In this document: positions 12,259-25,791 of the stretch, piece by piece
How the letters are laid out: every line of letters starts with the position of its first letter
Numbering within the stretch: position 1 is the first letter of the stretch
Assembly: GCA_043228905.1 (NCBI GenBank)
Contig: JBHGNT010000003.1
Span: forward strand, 2,790,001-2,854,000
Source of the DNA: Azolla caroliniana
Lineage: Eukaryota; Plantae; Polypodiophyta
Direction: 5' to 3'
Length of the DNA stretch: 64,000 nucleotides
Translations under genes and position numbers: made by a program
The notes under the pieces: model-generated
Told to the model about the DNA's origin: nothing
The model's database searches: none
Seen by the model: the letters and a program-made list of their open reading frames with translations, nothing else

Positions 12259-13225
12259 CATAGTACGTAAAATTCGTGTTCGTCTGCCATATCATTCGTT
12301 TTCATACGTTGGAAAACGAACACGAATGATATGCAAATATTCGTGTGTTTTTTTTTTTTCATTTTTTTTCATTTTTTTTTCAATTTTTTTCAATTTTTCC
12401 CTCTTTTCTCCCTTTTCCTCTGCACTAACGTTACGCTCTCTTCTCCTCTACAACCTAGCCTCAAACGATTTGCGATTCTGCAGAGTGCATTCAACCTTCA
12501 GGTATATTTAGTGTAGAAATATGGTTTTAATTTCAGTGATAAAATTTCTGTGCTGAAAAATCAGAAATTTCTGTGCTAAAAAATCAGAAATTTCAGTGCT
12601 AAAAAATCAGAAATTTCATCACAGAAATTTCTGTGATGAAATTTCATCAACGAAATTTCAGTGATGATTGAAATTTCTAAAATTTCAATCAAATTTTCTA
12701 AAATTTCAATCATCACTGAAATTTCTAAAATTTCAATGATGAAATTTCTAAAATTTCAATGATGAAATTTCTAAAATTTCAATGATGAAATTTCATCTTT
12801 CAGAAATTGATGAACAAGAAGCACAAGAAGTTGATGAAAATGAGAGCCTCACCAATGTGATGTCTTATCTTGATGATAATGCACAAGATGAGGATGATGA
12901 TTTTGAAGATGATGATATCACCTTGAATGAAGATTAGGAATGCTCGTTTTGATGTAACACCTCATTGAGGATTTTTTTGGAGACTAGGCATTTTGGGTAG
13001 TTGTTATTAGAATTTACGAAAAAAAGCATATTGTTATTAAGAAGGTAATATGTTTTTTTTTTGCAATTTTTTAAAATTTTTTTCCGTGAAAAAATGTTTA
13101 CCTTATAGTAAACCATTTATCCAAAAGTATGGTATTTATCATTCTTCGAGAGTGTTTATCATTCTCGAATGATTGAATCATTCTCGAGCACGAATGCACG
13201 AATGGTACGCATGGTTCATACTATG
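12259..13225. mobile_element. non-autonomous hAT-type DNA transposon (967 bp)
   Basis: Perfect 8-bp TSD TTCCAGAT (12251-12258, 13226-13233); short TIR CATAGTA(C/T)G; subterminal CACGAAT/ATTCGTG motifs; internal GAAATTTC minisatellite (~12540-12800); acidic coding-like remnant (EIDEQEAQEVDENE...EDDDFEDDD) at ~12805-12935. Confidence 0.85.
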
Positions 13226-16200
13226 TTCCAGATCACTGAGCTTTCGTTGGACACATGTCTATTAGTATTAACTCTAGCATTCTTGATCTTGGTATCATGT
13301 AGTCTCTCCATTCGTCTTCTTCCGTGATGTTAAGCTCATGAGTTTCATGTAGTCTCTCCATTTGTCTTCTTTCGGGGAAGCTCTAATCAGTGTACCTTTT
13401 CTTGCAGAAGATAAGAATGGAAAGACAAATGAGAGAGAGCAAGAGATAAGAATGGTAGAATCATATGTATGGGGAGAGACCACAATCATGCCATTTTTTT
13501 CCTAGTAAAGTTAACCCCTTACTATAAAGTTTGTGCATGTGGAAGAACGTTCCTCAGCCCATGCTTCTTGGCATTCTTTAATCTATATGACAATTTGGAT
13601 TCTAATCTCATTTGGGCTAGCTTGATGTTGATCTTGACTTTAGAGATAAAATTCTTTCTTTGCTGATGGGGGGTCCATGCTTTTGAGGCAAAGCTGTTAG
13701 CTGGTAATGTATCGCTCTCCGTAGATTAATGATACATTTGAAAAACACAAATACTAATCACATAAATCGCACAACGTATAGAAAATCATATTAGAACTAG
13801 CTCTCAAATTACCATGAACAATCGCTAAATTCTATTTTGTTATATCCTATGAAATCCATATTCAAGGGTACAACCAAAAATTGATTAGATGCACTACACT
13901 ATTGCTTGGATGTATACACACTATCCCTTGTATCATAAGGGTACACAACCTTATGATCATAGCCAGATATAATTCTAGGCTTTGTATGATGAAATTCATT
14001 TGAGGAGACATGGCATCTTCATTGCTTTAGCAATAGCTACTTCAGCCGAGGCTACTCAAACTTTTGTGTAGCTCCAACCTGCACTCATTACTGATAGTGC
14101 CCTTTTGATTTCATCCACAAATTCTCACTTTTCATGAGGAATTATTGAGCATCCAAAATCAAATATGGCAACGCCTCAAATCCTACTTTTTCTTCCCGAA
14201 TGTGACAAATTATATTTGATGGCCTTTAGAGTTTTTGCCAACATTGTTGTAACAGACTTTGAATATAGACAATTCCCCTGAAATTCCACATTGTATGAAT
14301 GGAGGAGTCAATTAATCCATTTTTACTCAAATAAGTCATCTTCGATTGAGTAATATTACTATTGGCTATGCCTTTGACATCCACTAATGATGCTTTTGGA
14401 GACTTCGAAATCTTCCGAGTTTAGTTGGACGCATGTCTATTAGCATTACTAACCATGTCATTGATCCTTATTATCATATCTGCTCTCCATTTGTCTTCTT
14501 CAGGGGAGGATTCAAAACTGATCTATTTGACGTGTAAGGTTGATTTCTATACTGAATCTACGTGAAATATTCTTACTTTAGGAAACCCTAATCCAATGAT
14601 TTCCGACCTTAGATGATGGCTATCCACCTCAATCTTCGTAGAGACAGAAAATAACATTACTAGAAGACCTATGCAAATGGTCACTTTGGTTGTGATGACC
14701 TTGACTTCATATGGAAAATCGTTAAGCCATGGAAGTTGGAGAAAGGTTAGCCCGGTTTAAATTTTGATTAATTATTGTCAACATGAAAGAAAAGGCCAGA
14801 AAAATTTACTATTATGACTAGGGGTTTTGGCTTATGATGTATGTCTTTCTTTCTCTCAATGAAGTATGCAAAAATAGGAATGAAATGGTTGGAAAGGAAA
14901 ATATAGAGGAAGGAGTGGATATTTTGCTTATTTCAATTGTTTTCTCTTAAAACTCCTTTTGAAATAATATGGGAAATTTGTCCCATTTGTTTGAAGTGTT
15001 TTCATTTCATTATTTCAAGTGGAAAAAGAAATTATTTACCTAAGTTAACTATATGTCTTCATCAAAGTTTCATTGTGCCTAATTGCTTTTCTATATGATA
15101 TCTTTGCACTTTTCTATATGATATCTTTTCTAGTGATGCACTTAAGGTCTTGATTTCTACGTGTTGTAAAGGAAGGAGATTGATAAATAATTGTATGTGT
15201 TGTAATATGGAATGGTTTCCATTACTTTCCTCACGTATAATGAATTATTGTTTTCTTTGAAACATTTTTTGAACCTCAAGTATTTCATTATTATAGCAAG
15301 TTGGTCTTGCATGTATTTGTTTGTTGCAAACTATATAATCTAAGGAAAATGTGTACTAGAAAAAAGATGTTGTATTACCAATAATGTGATTGATATATAT
15401 GTCAAATGTGGCTTGACGCATGTAGCACATATATTGCTTGATAAGCTTTGTATATTTAATTAGTCATATATTAATCTTTTGCTTATTAAATAATGTTGTG
15501 ATGAGAGAAATTATTGAGCATTTGATGATTGTTGATGTAATTTCATAAAGTTTAAATATAGAATATCTATCAAACCAAATAATGAACTCTTGAGTCTTTA
15601 TTAGTAAAAGAATATTTATAATTTAGGTGCAAATGGATGCCTTCTCACTACACACACATACACATAACACGTAGATACATACACACATTCCATACAACTA
15701 GGATATATAACACATATAATAGAATACATACTTACATAAACATGGAATACAATACATACATATGAACTCTCTCTCTCTCTCTATCTCTATCTCACACACA
15801 CACAGATAACACATATATACATACATACACACAACCCATACATAAAATATATACAACATATGCAATACAATATAAAACATATATACACACATGCATAAAA
15901 CATACATGTGTCTTCTATGTAAGGGTAGATAAAATGAGCTATTGTCAAAATATATATTGGCAGTAAGGGGTATTTTTATTAACTGGTTTGTTACAGAAGG
16001 GTATCTAAAATAGTAAAAGACATACGTATAAGGGGTTTATAAAACGTATCATGAACGCACGTCTTACAACCTCTTTAAATATAGTGGAGCCCCCCAGATA
16101 TGATGGTGGCATAACGTCGAGCACCGCACGTGGGATAGACCCGATCACTTTATGTTTTTGGATCTTAGATTTGTTGACCATCTTATCGATCTCATTCTTC

Positions 16201-16234
16201 ATGCAATGTTTCCAGTTTTTTGTGATGCAGTTGA

Positions 16235-17330
16235 TAGCTCTTAGATATGTTGATCATGCATGATCTATTTGTTTATCTTTATTGGGGCTTTAAAGAGTCC
16301 AAAAGAAGTCGTCAAACTTGGTCTTCATTTCCATGTCAGCTGTAGGAAACTCCATGTTTGTGTATGGCTAAAAAGAGAGAAATGCTTTGAAGTGTCCCAT
16401 GATGTTTTATCTTTTTACCACAATACCCTTGGCCAATCCTCATATGAGCGCGCCCACACACACACACACACACACACACATAGGTCACATTTGCGAGCAC
16501 AATAATAAAATTTACCTATCTACCTACCCAATTATAGATAAAGATATAGTTAAGAAAGTAGGTGAGTACACAAGATGTGGGACATGTAACCTCGTGGACC
16601 AAACTTGAGCGTTTCCATGTAGCGTACAGGACAAGAACAAGAGAAAGCGAAAAAGGAGAGGTAATTGACTAAAAATATTTGATAAGAAAAGAAGAACTTT
16701 TGGGATGTCAAGAAAAAGGATAGGTAATTAACTAAAATTATTTGATGATAAGGATGGGATTAAGGAACAGAGAAAGCAAAAAAAGAGGGTTGTTGACTGT
16801 GGATTTTCATAAAACAAAGAAATGAAAAGAACAACTTTTGGAGCGTTAAGAAGAAAAAGGAACGACATTTGATAAAAAAAAGAAGAACTTTTGGGGTGTC
16901 AAGAAAAAGAGGGGGTTGTTCACTAAGAATATTCGATAAAAAAAGGTTAAGAAAAGGAGAAAGTCAAAAACGATGGGAAGTTGACTAATCATACTGCATA
17001 AAAAAAGAAAAGAAAAGAAAAATGTTTGGAGTGTCAAAAAAAGGGAGGGCTAGTTGACTAACAATATTTGATTAAAAAAAGAAAAAAAAAGAAAAAAAAA
17101 GAAAAAAAAAAATGCGTGTCAAGAAGAAAAAGCAGGGTAGTTAACCATATTTGATAAAAAAAAGGAAAGAAAAGAAGAACTTTGGACGTGTCAAGAAGAA
17201 AATGGAGGGGTAGTTGACTTAGGATATTTGATAAATAGAGAAATGAAAAGAAATATTTGGGGTGTCAAGAAAAAAGAGGGGTGGTTGATTAAGGATATTA
17301 ACAGAAAAGAGAAAAGAAAAGATTTTTTTT
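16235..17330 (-). repeat. orphan inverted copy of the upstream module of 'MEQ-type' DUF247 genes, with expanded ~60-bp VNTR
   Basis: Reverse complement matches 28100-29240 and 62280-62970 (e.g. TAGTCATACACAGACATGGAGTTTCCTAC, CTTTAAAGCCCC); no DUF247 coding sequence follows. Confidence 0.85.
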
Positions 17331-17505
17331 TTGCTAGGGAGCGCTTCCATTTGAGTATTCATGATGATCGATGTAGATTTCTTCCTTCTTCTTCTTGCTT
17401 GAACATCAGCTATGTAGCAACACTACGGTAGCAATAAGCCGGTTCTTTTTGAATCGTCGGCATAGATGCAACACACATGGATGGGCTAGATCGAGCTTCC
17501 AAAGC

Positions 17506-17861
17506 GCTCTAATACCATGTAAAGAATCGATGGTGTGATTCTGTGTAGCAGAAGAGATGTGTGTTGTGTGTATGTGTAAGAGGAGAGGAGAGGAGAGAAA
17601 CACAAGATAGATGAAAATAGAATACTCAAGAAGATGTATATTCAAAGGAGATTAACCGACATGTTACAAAGTAGGAGGAGGGTGCTTCATGTAGTCACCT
17701 TCTCTCTTCATTAACTACCGAAGCTCATGGGTCATGAGGAATGTGGAAACTCATTAGTTATGTGTCATAGAATATGATTCTATGACACATAGTGAATAAT
17801 ACAAAAGTAGTGGTGACTTTTGACCTTTGAGTGCACATAGACTCTCAAGGGTGTGTTCACA
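17506..17861 (-). mobile_element. truncated LTR retrotransposon: LTR plus tRNA-iMet PBS
   Basis: GCTCTAATACCA at 17506-17517 is TGGTATTAGAGC on minus (canonical PBS TGGTATCAGAGC), abutting TGTAAA at 17518; candidate other end TTCACA at 17856-17861; internal 15-bp inverted repeat near 17759-17791. Confidence 0.65.
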
Positions 17862-18189
17862 CACTAGAATAGTTTGAGCTTGATTCTCAATAACAATCTT
17901 ACGCCAAGGATCATAGAACTCTTGATTGTGGTGAAGAGAGTAGATGATTGGTTAACCATTACACTAGTAAACCTATGTATACAAGCAAGAACAAATTGAG
18001 TGTAGCAAACTATTGTATCAACCCTCTGTTGCTATCATGCTTAGACACTCTGCTATGTATATAAGCTATGGTGCATCCATTGTAAATCAATATCATTGTC
18101 TACTGGTGCTAAAGCTTTCATGATGCATTCAAATTCCAAAAATGGCCATTTATTAAATAAAGTTTTATTCAAGGAAATGATAAGAGGTA

Positions 18190-19550
18190 ATAGGGGTAAT
18201 TCAAGGTATAAAAATTTGATTCTTAAGTTTTCCTATTCATTTCTCAAACAAAAACCTAGATATTATGCCAAATCTAATTTGAGTCATTGTCTAAAACACG
18301 AAAAAGATAATGTCACGTTCAACATCTCATAAATCTGGATTCCACACCAATTGTCCGACAACATATTTTGATGTTCATCATTGATCTGTTGAGATATTGT
18401 CATAAATGTAGCTTTCATACCATTTGTCCTACAACAAATGATCTATTGTCATAAATATGTATTTGTCCTACTCCAGATTGATGCTCATTATTGAGGTAGT
18501 AAAAATTGGCATGCCATTTTTCTTAACTACAATACTTACGTATTGAACATGCACTCCATTTCCATTACCAAACCTTGTCCTCAAGTCTTATTGGAGAACG
18601 GGGCAAGAGTTCTATTGGCTGACACCCACAAATCAAATTAGTGAATTTCTTGCTCTTTGATCTCTAGTAGAGACATAGTTGTTATGCATGTTTCGGAATC
18701 TAGTAAATTTCATCCTCTTTGATCTAAGATAGATCATAGTTTTTGTGTAGGCTGGTAGAGGTTAATTGCCTTTTTTTCCATACAATCTGAAAAGCAAAGA
18801 AGGTCTTACGGATCATAGCTCCTATGCCTGATTTTAGCTGTAGAGCTTGAGGCAAGTGTAATGAGAAAACTTCTTGTTTCTTTTTTTTATGCAATCTAAA
18901 AATTGAAAAACTATGTTTTAAATGGGCACTTTTTTCCCGGTGTCTACGAGAGTGACAGACATGTTTTGCACAAGCTAGATCCGCTAAGTTAATCCCACTT
19001 TACTTTCAAGTTGTATCTTATATATTTTGTGTGGAAACTCCATGCTCCTGCTAGGTTTACACTATTGAAAACCCTAAGCTTTGCTATGATATTGTTGAGC
19101 TACACACACCATTGCAACATATCCATTCCCTCTGCTTCCTTTTGATAATACAATCCATACCTCCATATCTCTATTAATAGTGATTATAATAGATAGAGTG
19201 GAGAGGTTGACCTTAAATATCACCTCTGTGAAGATCAACCCATTAATGATGTCGATTATGTATGTGAACATTTGTACAAGTGGTGCTAGGAATTGTGTTA
19301 GAAGAGATTTATGGTTGATGCTAAAATAACAAATAGATCTTCAAATGTGCAAATAAGTATTTGTCCCTTGGAATCAGTTTGGCCCAACAAAGTTTATGGG
19401 CATATTTAGTGACATTCAATTTTCCTTGTATCAAATAAATGTAGAGAACAAGAGAGGGGAGACAAAAATATTTATACTTTGTCTAAACTTGTACTTCTTT
19501 TAATGTTAATTTTCATCTAAATGAGGTCTAATGGGGTTAAAATAGCTACT
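18190..19550 (-). repeat. inverted segmental duplicate of the 3' flank of DUF247 gene 3 (50960-51391 + 56844-57614), lacking the hAT
   Basis: Collinear matches, e.g. GGAGGTATGGA(T/C)TGTATTATCAAAAGGAAGCAGAGGGAATGG, AAAGAAGTACAAGTTTAGA, ATACCTTGAATTACCCCT. Confidence 0.9.
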
Positions 19551-20325
19551 TTGGAGAATGTGGACTAGCTAGATTCAAAGAACTTTACCTAGAATCACAT
19601 CCTAGTCTCCCCACATTAGTCTGACAAAGTCCCTCCCTAGAGGGCATGCTTGCTTACATTATGCGTAGGAATTTACCCAACATTGCGGGGAGATAAGAAT
19701 GCAAAAATGCAAAATCTCTTTTGGTGAGCAAGTGGTAGGCGAGCTACTTCATTGGGAACTAAAGTTACATTCGTTAGTGACATATTTGGTCAACAGAGTC
19801 CCTAATGAATGTAAGTTTGCTTTGGACATCCTATAATCAAATTTCTTTGCTAATGTGTTTGAAGGGCTACATTCATATTAGGGAATTAGAATTTTATACA
19901 CCACCTTCTTACAGCTAATTTAGCATACTTATAGAGATAAAGTTTTGGAGTTAGGAGGTATATCGAAGAGGGTTTTTTATGTAGAGTTAAGAAACACGAG
20001 TGGCATAAAAACATGCTCATGACACCATTCATTGAGTTAATATTATTACAACTGTCACTTAAAACCCATTAACAATACTCGTAACAAATAATTACTCAAT
20101 AATGCATTAAGAGAAAATCGCGCTTCAATACTTCATTGCGTCATTACTTAAATTTAACTCCGACAATATCTGTTTCCATTATTACATGAATCATGAAACG
20201 ATTCACCATCAGTACATAATCGTCCACAATTTCATAAAGCCAATGTGGATTATACTTACATAAATACATAAATAACGGGAAACACATTATATTAATAAAC
20301 CAAAATGAAATCCAAAATGAATAAT

Positions 20326-20411
20326 AAACGAAGCTCCACACAATCTAGTATGGAGCTTCGTTTGTGTGGAGCTCCACACAAAATGAATAATAGATTGTGT
20401 GGAGCTTCTTT
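20326..20411. repeat. nested inverted repeats just downstream of gene 1 stop
   Basis: 18-bp arms GAAGCTCCACACAATCTA / TAGATTGTGTGGAGCTTC enclosing the 22-bp palindrome TTTGTGTGGAGCTCCACACAAA (20361-20382). Confidence 0.9.
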
Positions 20412-20443
20412 GTTTTTGAACTAGGGTTTCATGTTAGGTTGTT

Positions 20444-21889
20444 TTAGGTTTTATAGTAATAACCTAAGAGTGTATAGACTGTCTGCACTACTGAAGCTGA
20501 GAGCAGTAGAAATGCGGCAATGACCGAAATCCATAACCATGGCCGAGAAAAGAACTTCTGATAACACTCCGCATACAAGCGAAGCCAATGGGAGGAATGG
20601 TGAGCCTTTACATCATGGATCATATTTCTCCATCTTTCCGATGGCAAACTCAAGAGCACATTGATGCACATGTCGTTCCACATCTTCACCAACCTTTCAT
20701 CACTCCCCAAGTTGTTCTCCAATACTTTGGCCCGACTCAATATTGCAAGATCTTCTTCAGTGTCGATCAGCGAGTCCATGAGGATAGCGTACATCGCGAA
20801 GTCATATCCTTTTCCGGACATTTGTTCATATGCAAGGAGGTTCCTCAACACATCCTCTGTCTTGTCATACACGATAAGGCGTGGAAGATGGAGCTGAAGT
20901 TTCGTCTTGTCGTACTTGATCACCGATATGTTACCTTCACAAGCCTCGAACCGAATGCCGGCTCTGTAGAGTTGGGACGCTGTTGGGAGGCGGCAAGATG
21001 TCTCCTCATGAGCTTCTAGATCCTTGCTCTTTTTGCTCAGAAAAGAGACATATGAATAAAAAGATATTCTTCTGGATTCTCTAGAATTAGATTCTTTGTC
21101 TTCGACAGTGCAACAAAAATAGAGGGAATCAAGTAGATGCTCGCAAATTTCGACCAATTTTATGTTTTTCGATTCAAGGAATCTTAAGAATTTACTCTTT
21201 TCAACGTCGCTTGAGAAGAATGGATTACGGTAGATTATCAAACTGCTCACGGTTTTCTCAAGATCAGCCAATGAGAAGTATTGATTGCTACAAATCTTCT
21301 TTAGAAATGCCATGGGAATTTGGTTGCCGATCAACAGCAAGTCCCTCAGTAATCTCATGGCGAGTGTATAGTCATTAAAGATGAAAGTGGCAAAGTACCT
21401 GCAACTAAACTCCATAGATTGAGGTGATGACAGAATCAGCAAGAATTCATGAATGAAGACGGTGTCGACACAGACCAGAAGTTGGAGCCACTTAAAGTCA
21501 GATTGGGGGAGGTTAAGATTATAAATGTGGCTAAGTTCATGTGGTTGATCAGAGATGAGGTATTGCATGAGATCTTCCACAGCTGATATTCCTTGTCTTT
21601 CCATGAATTTGTTCACACATAGTGCCTTACATTTATCAATGGGGGAAGGCTTAAGTGTTTGATACAATGGACCAATGGTCACTAATTTAGGGTTATATGA
21701 CTGTGGCTGCACTTCGAGTAATGCCTGGGGAGGCTTCAAAATCATCCAACTTTGCTTCAACATAGGTGAATCATCAACATCCAGATTGATCTTCTCATTC
21801 ATGTAAAGTCTCCATTCATCTTTGGTGAAGTTGGGGGGTTGATGATCAGGTTCATCCATTGGAATTGTGATGTTGAATGTGAAACTCAT
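20444..21889 (-). CDS. DUF247 / UPF0481-family protein (gene 1), 481 aa, intronless, C-terminal transmembrane helix
   Basis: Family motifs Y.PKLVTIGPLY, DLLLIGNQIP, HLLD, LPTASQL..AGIRF, LPRL......E..LRNLLAYEQ, MDSLIDTEED...L....V.EN.LGSD, F.SRPW followed by a hydrophobic helix and QTVY. Confidence 0.93.
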   Translation of the reverse strand: MSFTFNITIPMDEPDHQPPNFTKDEWRLYMNEKINLDVDDSPMLKQSWMILKPPQALLEVQPQSYNPKLVTIGPLYQTLKPSPIDKCKALCVNKFMERQGISAVEDLMQYLISDQPHELSHIYNLNLPQSDFKWLQLLVCVDTVFIHEFLLILSSPQSMEFSCRYFATFIFNDYTLAMRLLRDLLLIGNQIPMAFLKKICSNQYFSLADLEKTVSSLIIYRNPFFSSDVEKSKFLRFLESKNIKLVEICEHLLDSLYFCCTVEDKESNSRESRRISFYSYVSFLSKKSKDLEAHEETSCRLPTASQLYRAGIRFEACEGNISVIKYDKTKLQLHLPRLIVYDKTEDVLRNLLAYEQMSGKGYDFAMYAILMDSLIDTEEDLAILSRAKVLENNLGSDERLVKMWNDMCINVLLSLPSERWRNMIHDVKAHHSSHWLRLYAECYQKFFSRPWLWISVIAAFLLLSASVVQTVYTLLGYYYKT

Positions 21890-23705
21890 ACCAATCTCTT
21901 CTTCTTCTTTGACTACTTTGTTTTAGGATTAGATCTTATTATGCATCTCTATGAGTTAATCCTGCCCTCAGACGATACGAAAATCTATATTCTATGAATC
22001 TATTTATCTGTGTATGATAAGGATAGAGAATGAGAGAGAGAAATAAGAATGCGAATGTGTGAAATTCCCTGCATGATTAGCAATATGTGTGGAGCCATGA
22101 ATTAAGCTATTTCCTGATTTGTGAGGTGAACTCTTTCTTTAGTGGGCCCTAAGTTGTTAGTACGTCCCTTTCTGTGGTCCAATCAATGACAGATCACGAC
22201 ACCGATGACAGTTATGTGATTGGTTTTACAAAATACATAACTGTAATTACAGTTATGCCCAACATAGCTCTCGAGATCTGATCAGAACTGGGTCTCGAAC
22301 CAACATTATTAATTTGAAAAGACAAGTCTTCAATTCACAAGTCTTCGATTCATCTTCAATCTTCACAAATTATGGTTATGTAGCAGATAAACTTATGTTT
22401 AAATAATGAGTAATAATGGAATCTTAAATCATGATTGTGTCATTTTCATTATAATTTGAAAATACGTATGTATGTGTATGTATGTATGTATGTACGTATG
22501 TATGTGCAACGCATAGAAAAAAACTACTTAGTATGGAGTAGAGTTAGGACAATGTTGATTTAGAACAGTTGTGTAGGATAATCGTCGAATTATCCAAGAA
22601 ACCATTCGACTTGTTGCTTCTGGATACTACCTCAAGCTTATATATATATATATATACAATAAAGATCTCCACCAAATTGTGGAGAGCATTTTGAATGTAA
22701 AATTACTTCCATAAAGGCAACCTTTCAAACCCGCGCTGGGAGTGTCCCACTCAATACCCCATCCATGAAACAACTATATAACTACTGATAATGACTTTAA
22801 AACTGCATGCGTTATGCTTAATATTGCGAATTTGAGTGATATCACATATAAGAAATATATGTGAATACTTTAAAATATGACTGTGTCAATATAATCTTAT
22901 CCAAATGTTCCAAAGACTAAGGTCTCTATTTCCCCAAAACTATGACTTTAAGACAGGAACAATAAAGTGTAAGCCACCAAACATGAATGAATATCTATTG
23001 ATGATGAATAGTAGGTACTATAGGTAGCATATACATTTCCTCTTTCAATTTCTTCCACAAGTTTCGCCCTGCTCTGATGACCAAATTTCGCATTAAACAG
23101 TTCCGTAGTCTCAGGTGAGTGGATTCGTTTGTCACCGAACGAATTATGCATTTGGAAATTCACAAAATTTGTCCGTCTGGTGATCTGAGGCATCAGAATT
23201 TTGTTTCATTCATTCCTGCGTTTGTCTTCATCATCGCAGATCCTTCTCTGCAGGAGGAGGAGAAGAAGATTTATGAAGGAATTACCTAGGAAAAAAGATT
23301 TTAGGGTCTCGAGGATTTTATGGACGATAGAAGGTCATGGCTGTAGCATGAGATAAGGGTAAAGGAAGAAACACCCCATGAGATCCTTCTCTCCATGATT
23401 GATACAGACATACCATGGCTCTGTAGGAGCAGCTTGAGAGGTTCCACAAACAAGCAGCAGTAGCGCGCTCAAGCCATCCTATGAAGAACAAAACGCATTA
23501 CATGATTCCCAATGTAAGAAAGTAAAGATCATCAATTCCCAATTTCGTAGGAAGGGCTGTAAAATGACACTCGTACAACATATGTATAATCTGATCAGAA
23601 TCATTTCTCAAACGGATATGAATAGTTTGAGACAAGAATGGTACAAGAACTTTGAGGTTTCCCACTACTAATCAAAGTGTTACTAAAAAGAAAAAGGGGA
23701 CAAGA

Positions 23706-23828
23706 ACTTGGATGCAGCATTAAAGAATATTGGTGTCATTAATGCTAATTATTTCTCACGCTACAGGTCGTATTATGAGCTCTAATTAGCACTAATGACA
23801 CCAATATTCTTTAATGCTGCATCCAAGT
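23706..23828. repeat. hairpin with ~46-bp arms (one mismatch) and ~31-nt loop
   Basis: ACTTGGATGCAGCATTAAAGAATATTGGTGTCATTA(A/G)TGCTAATTA and its reverse complement. Confidence 0.92.
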
Positions 23829-24229
23829 GACATTACTACGAATATCAATTAAAACCCAAAAATGCCATTGGGAAACAGTCATAGTCATTGCGTTTATTGC
23901 GGGCCGTATCCCTTAAAAATTCTACTAACATTAAGGCATCATGTTTTGTTAAGCTTTTATGTTTTTCTAAGCTCTATGATAATCCTAGTCTGAACATTTT
24001 TCTTAGACTAATTACGAATATATATTTAGGTAGAATCTTTGCAATAACGAGGCAACGGTGACCAAAATCAATGCTTGTGAATAATACTAATGTAAGCATT
24101 TGTCACAAAATTGTCCATAACAATGACAAAGGATCTCGTAGATGAATAGGAAATCACTTCCTTTGGAGAATGCATTGAAGCAGGAAACGAGCGAAAACCC
24201 GAATTACTTGTACTTGGATTGGTTTTTTG

Positions 24230-24990
<761 letters not shown>

Positions 24991-24999
24991 CAAGAACTA

Positions 25000-25791
25000 T
25001 TAAAGAACGAGATGAAATGCTCAATGTTGCTTACAAGCAAATTATTGGATGTATACGCTACCTTATTAGTTGTACATGTCCCGATTGATGTTTTACCACT
25101 GGAATTCATTTAAGATTTATGTAAGATTCTGGACAGAAACATTGGCAAGCTTTAAAACGACTACTCCGTTACCTACAACGAACAAAAGATATGGTGGTAA
25201 CTTAATCTAGATCACAATCAGAGTCTGTCAACATGAATCTTGAAGGATGGACCAATCCATCAAAATTGTCAGGTTGGACAGATTCAGATTGGGGAGGGAA
25301 TATTGATGGTCGTAAGTCAACAAGTGGTTTCGTATATTGTCTCGTTGGAGTCGCTATAGCATGGACATCTAAGAAGCAAACAACGGTCGCTCTATCTTCA
25401 ACCGAAGCTAAATATGTAGCTGTCGCCCTCGCTGTTAAAGAAGGAATATGAATTCATTCTATACTTGAAGAACTTAACTTGTTTAAGACTTCTAAAGTAA
25501 TCCTTCGTTGTGATAATCAATCTTGTATAAAGTTAGCTTGTAATCCGAAAATGAGTGACAATATTCAACATGTCTCTTTCAAGCATCAGTTAGTTTCTAC
25601 GAGACTTAATTGAAGAGAAGAACCTAGATTTGAAGTATGCGTATAAAACACTAATGTGGGCCGATTTTCTAACAAAGCCAAGTACCTCAAACAAAGCATG
25701 CCGCTTGGTACGAAAGATTGGTCTAACAATGCCAAATTATTCTTCGAACGACAATATTTTTGAATAAAATAATATTTAGCTTAAGGGGGAG
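25000..25791 (+). mobile_element. Ty1/copia remnant (RT end, RNase H, PPT)
   Basis: YKQIIG, HWQALKRLLRYL, TDSDWGG...RKSTSG, SKKQTTVALSSTEAKY, CDNQS; PPT AAGGGGGAG then TGTGG at 25792. Confidence 0.88.

Noticed and set aside
15640-15910. 69-aa ORF 15698-15907
   Set aside because: CA/TA/CT microsatellite-like low complexity.
20588-21019. Antisense ORFs recurring opposite DUF247 genes (also 46057-46479, 50546-50761)
   Set aside because: Shadow frames of conserved coding sequence; recurrence is explained by paralogy.
22948-23260. 81-aa minus-strand ORF upstream of gene 1 as a small partner gene
   Set aside because: No signal peptide, Cys pattern or recognisable motif, and no paralog near the other DUF247 genes.
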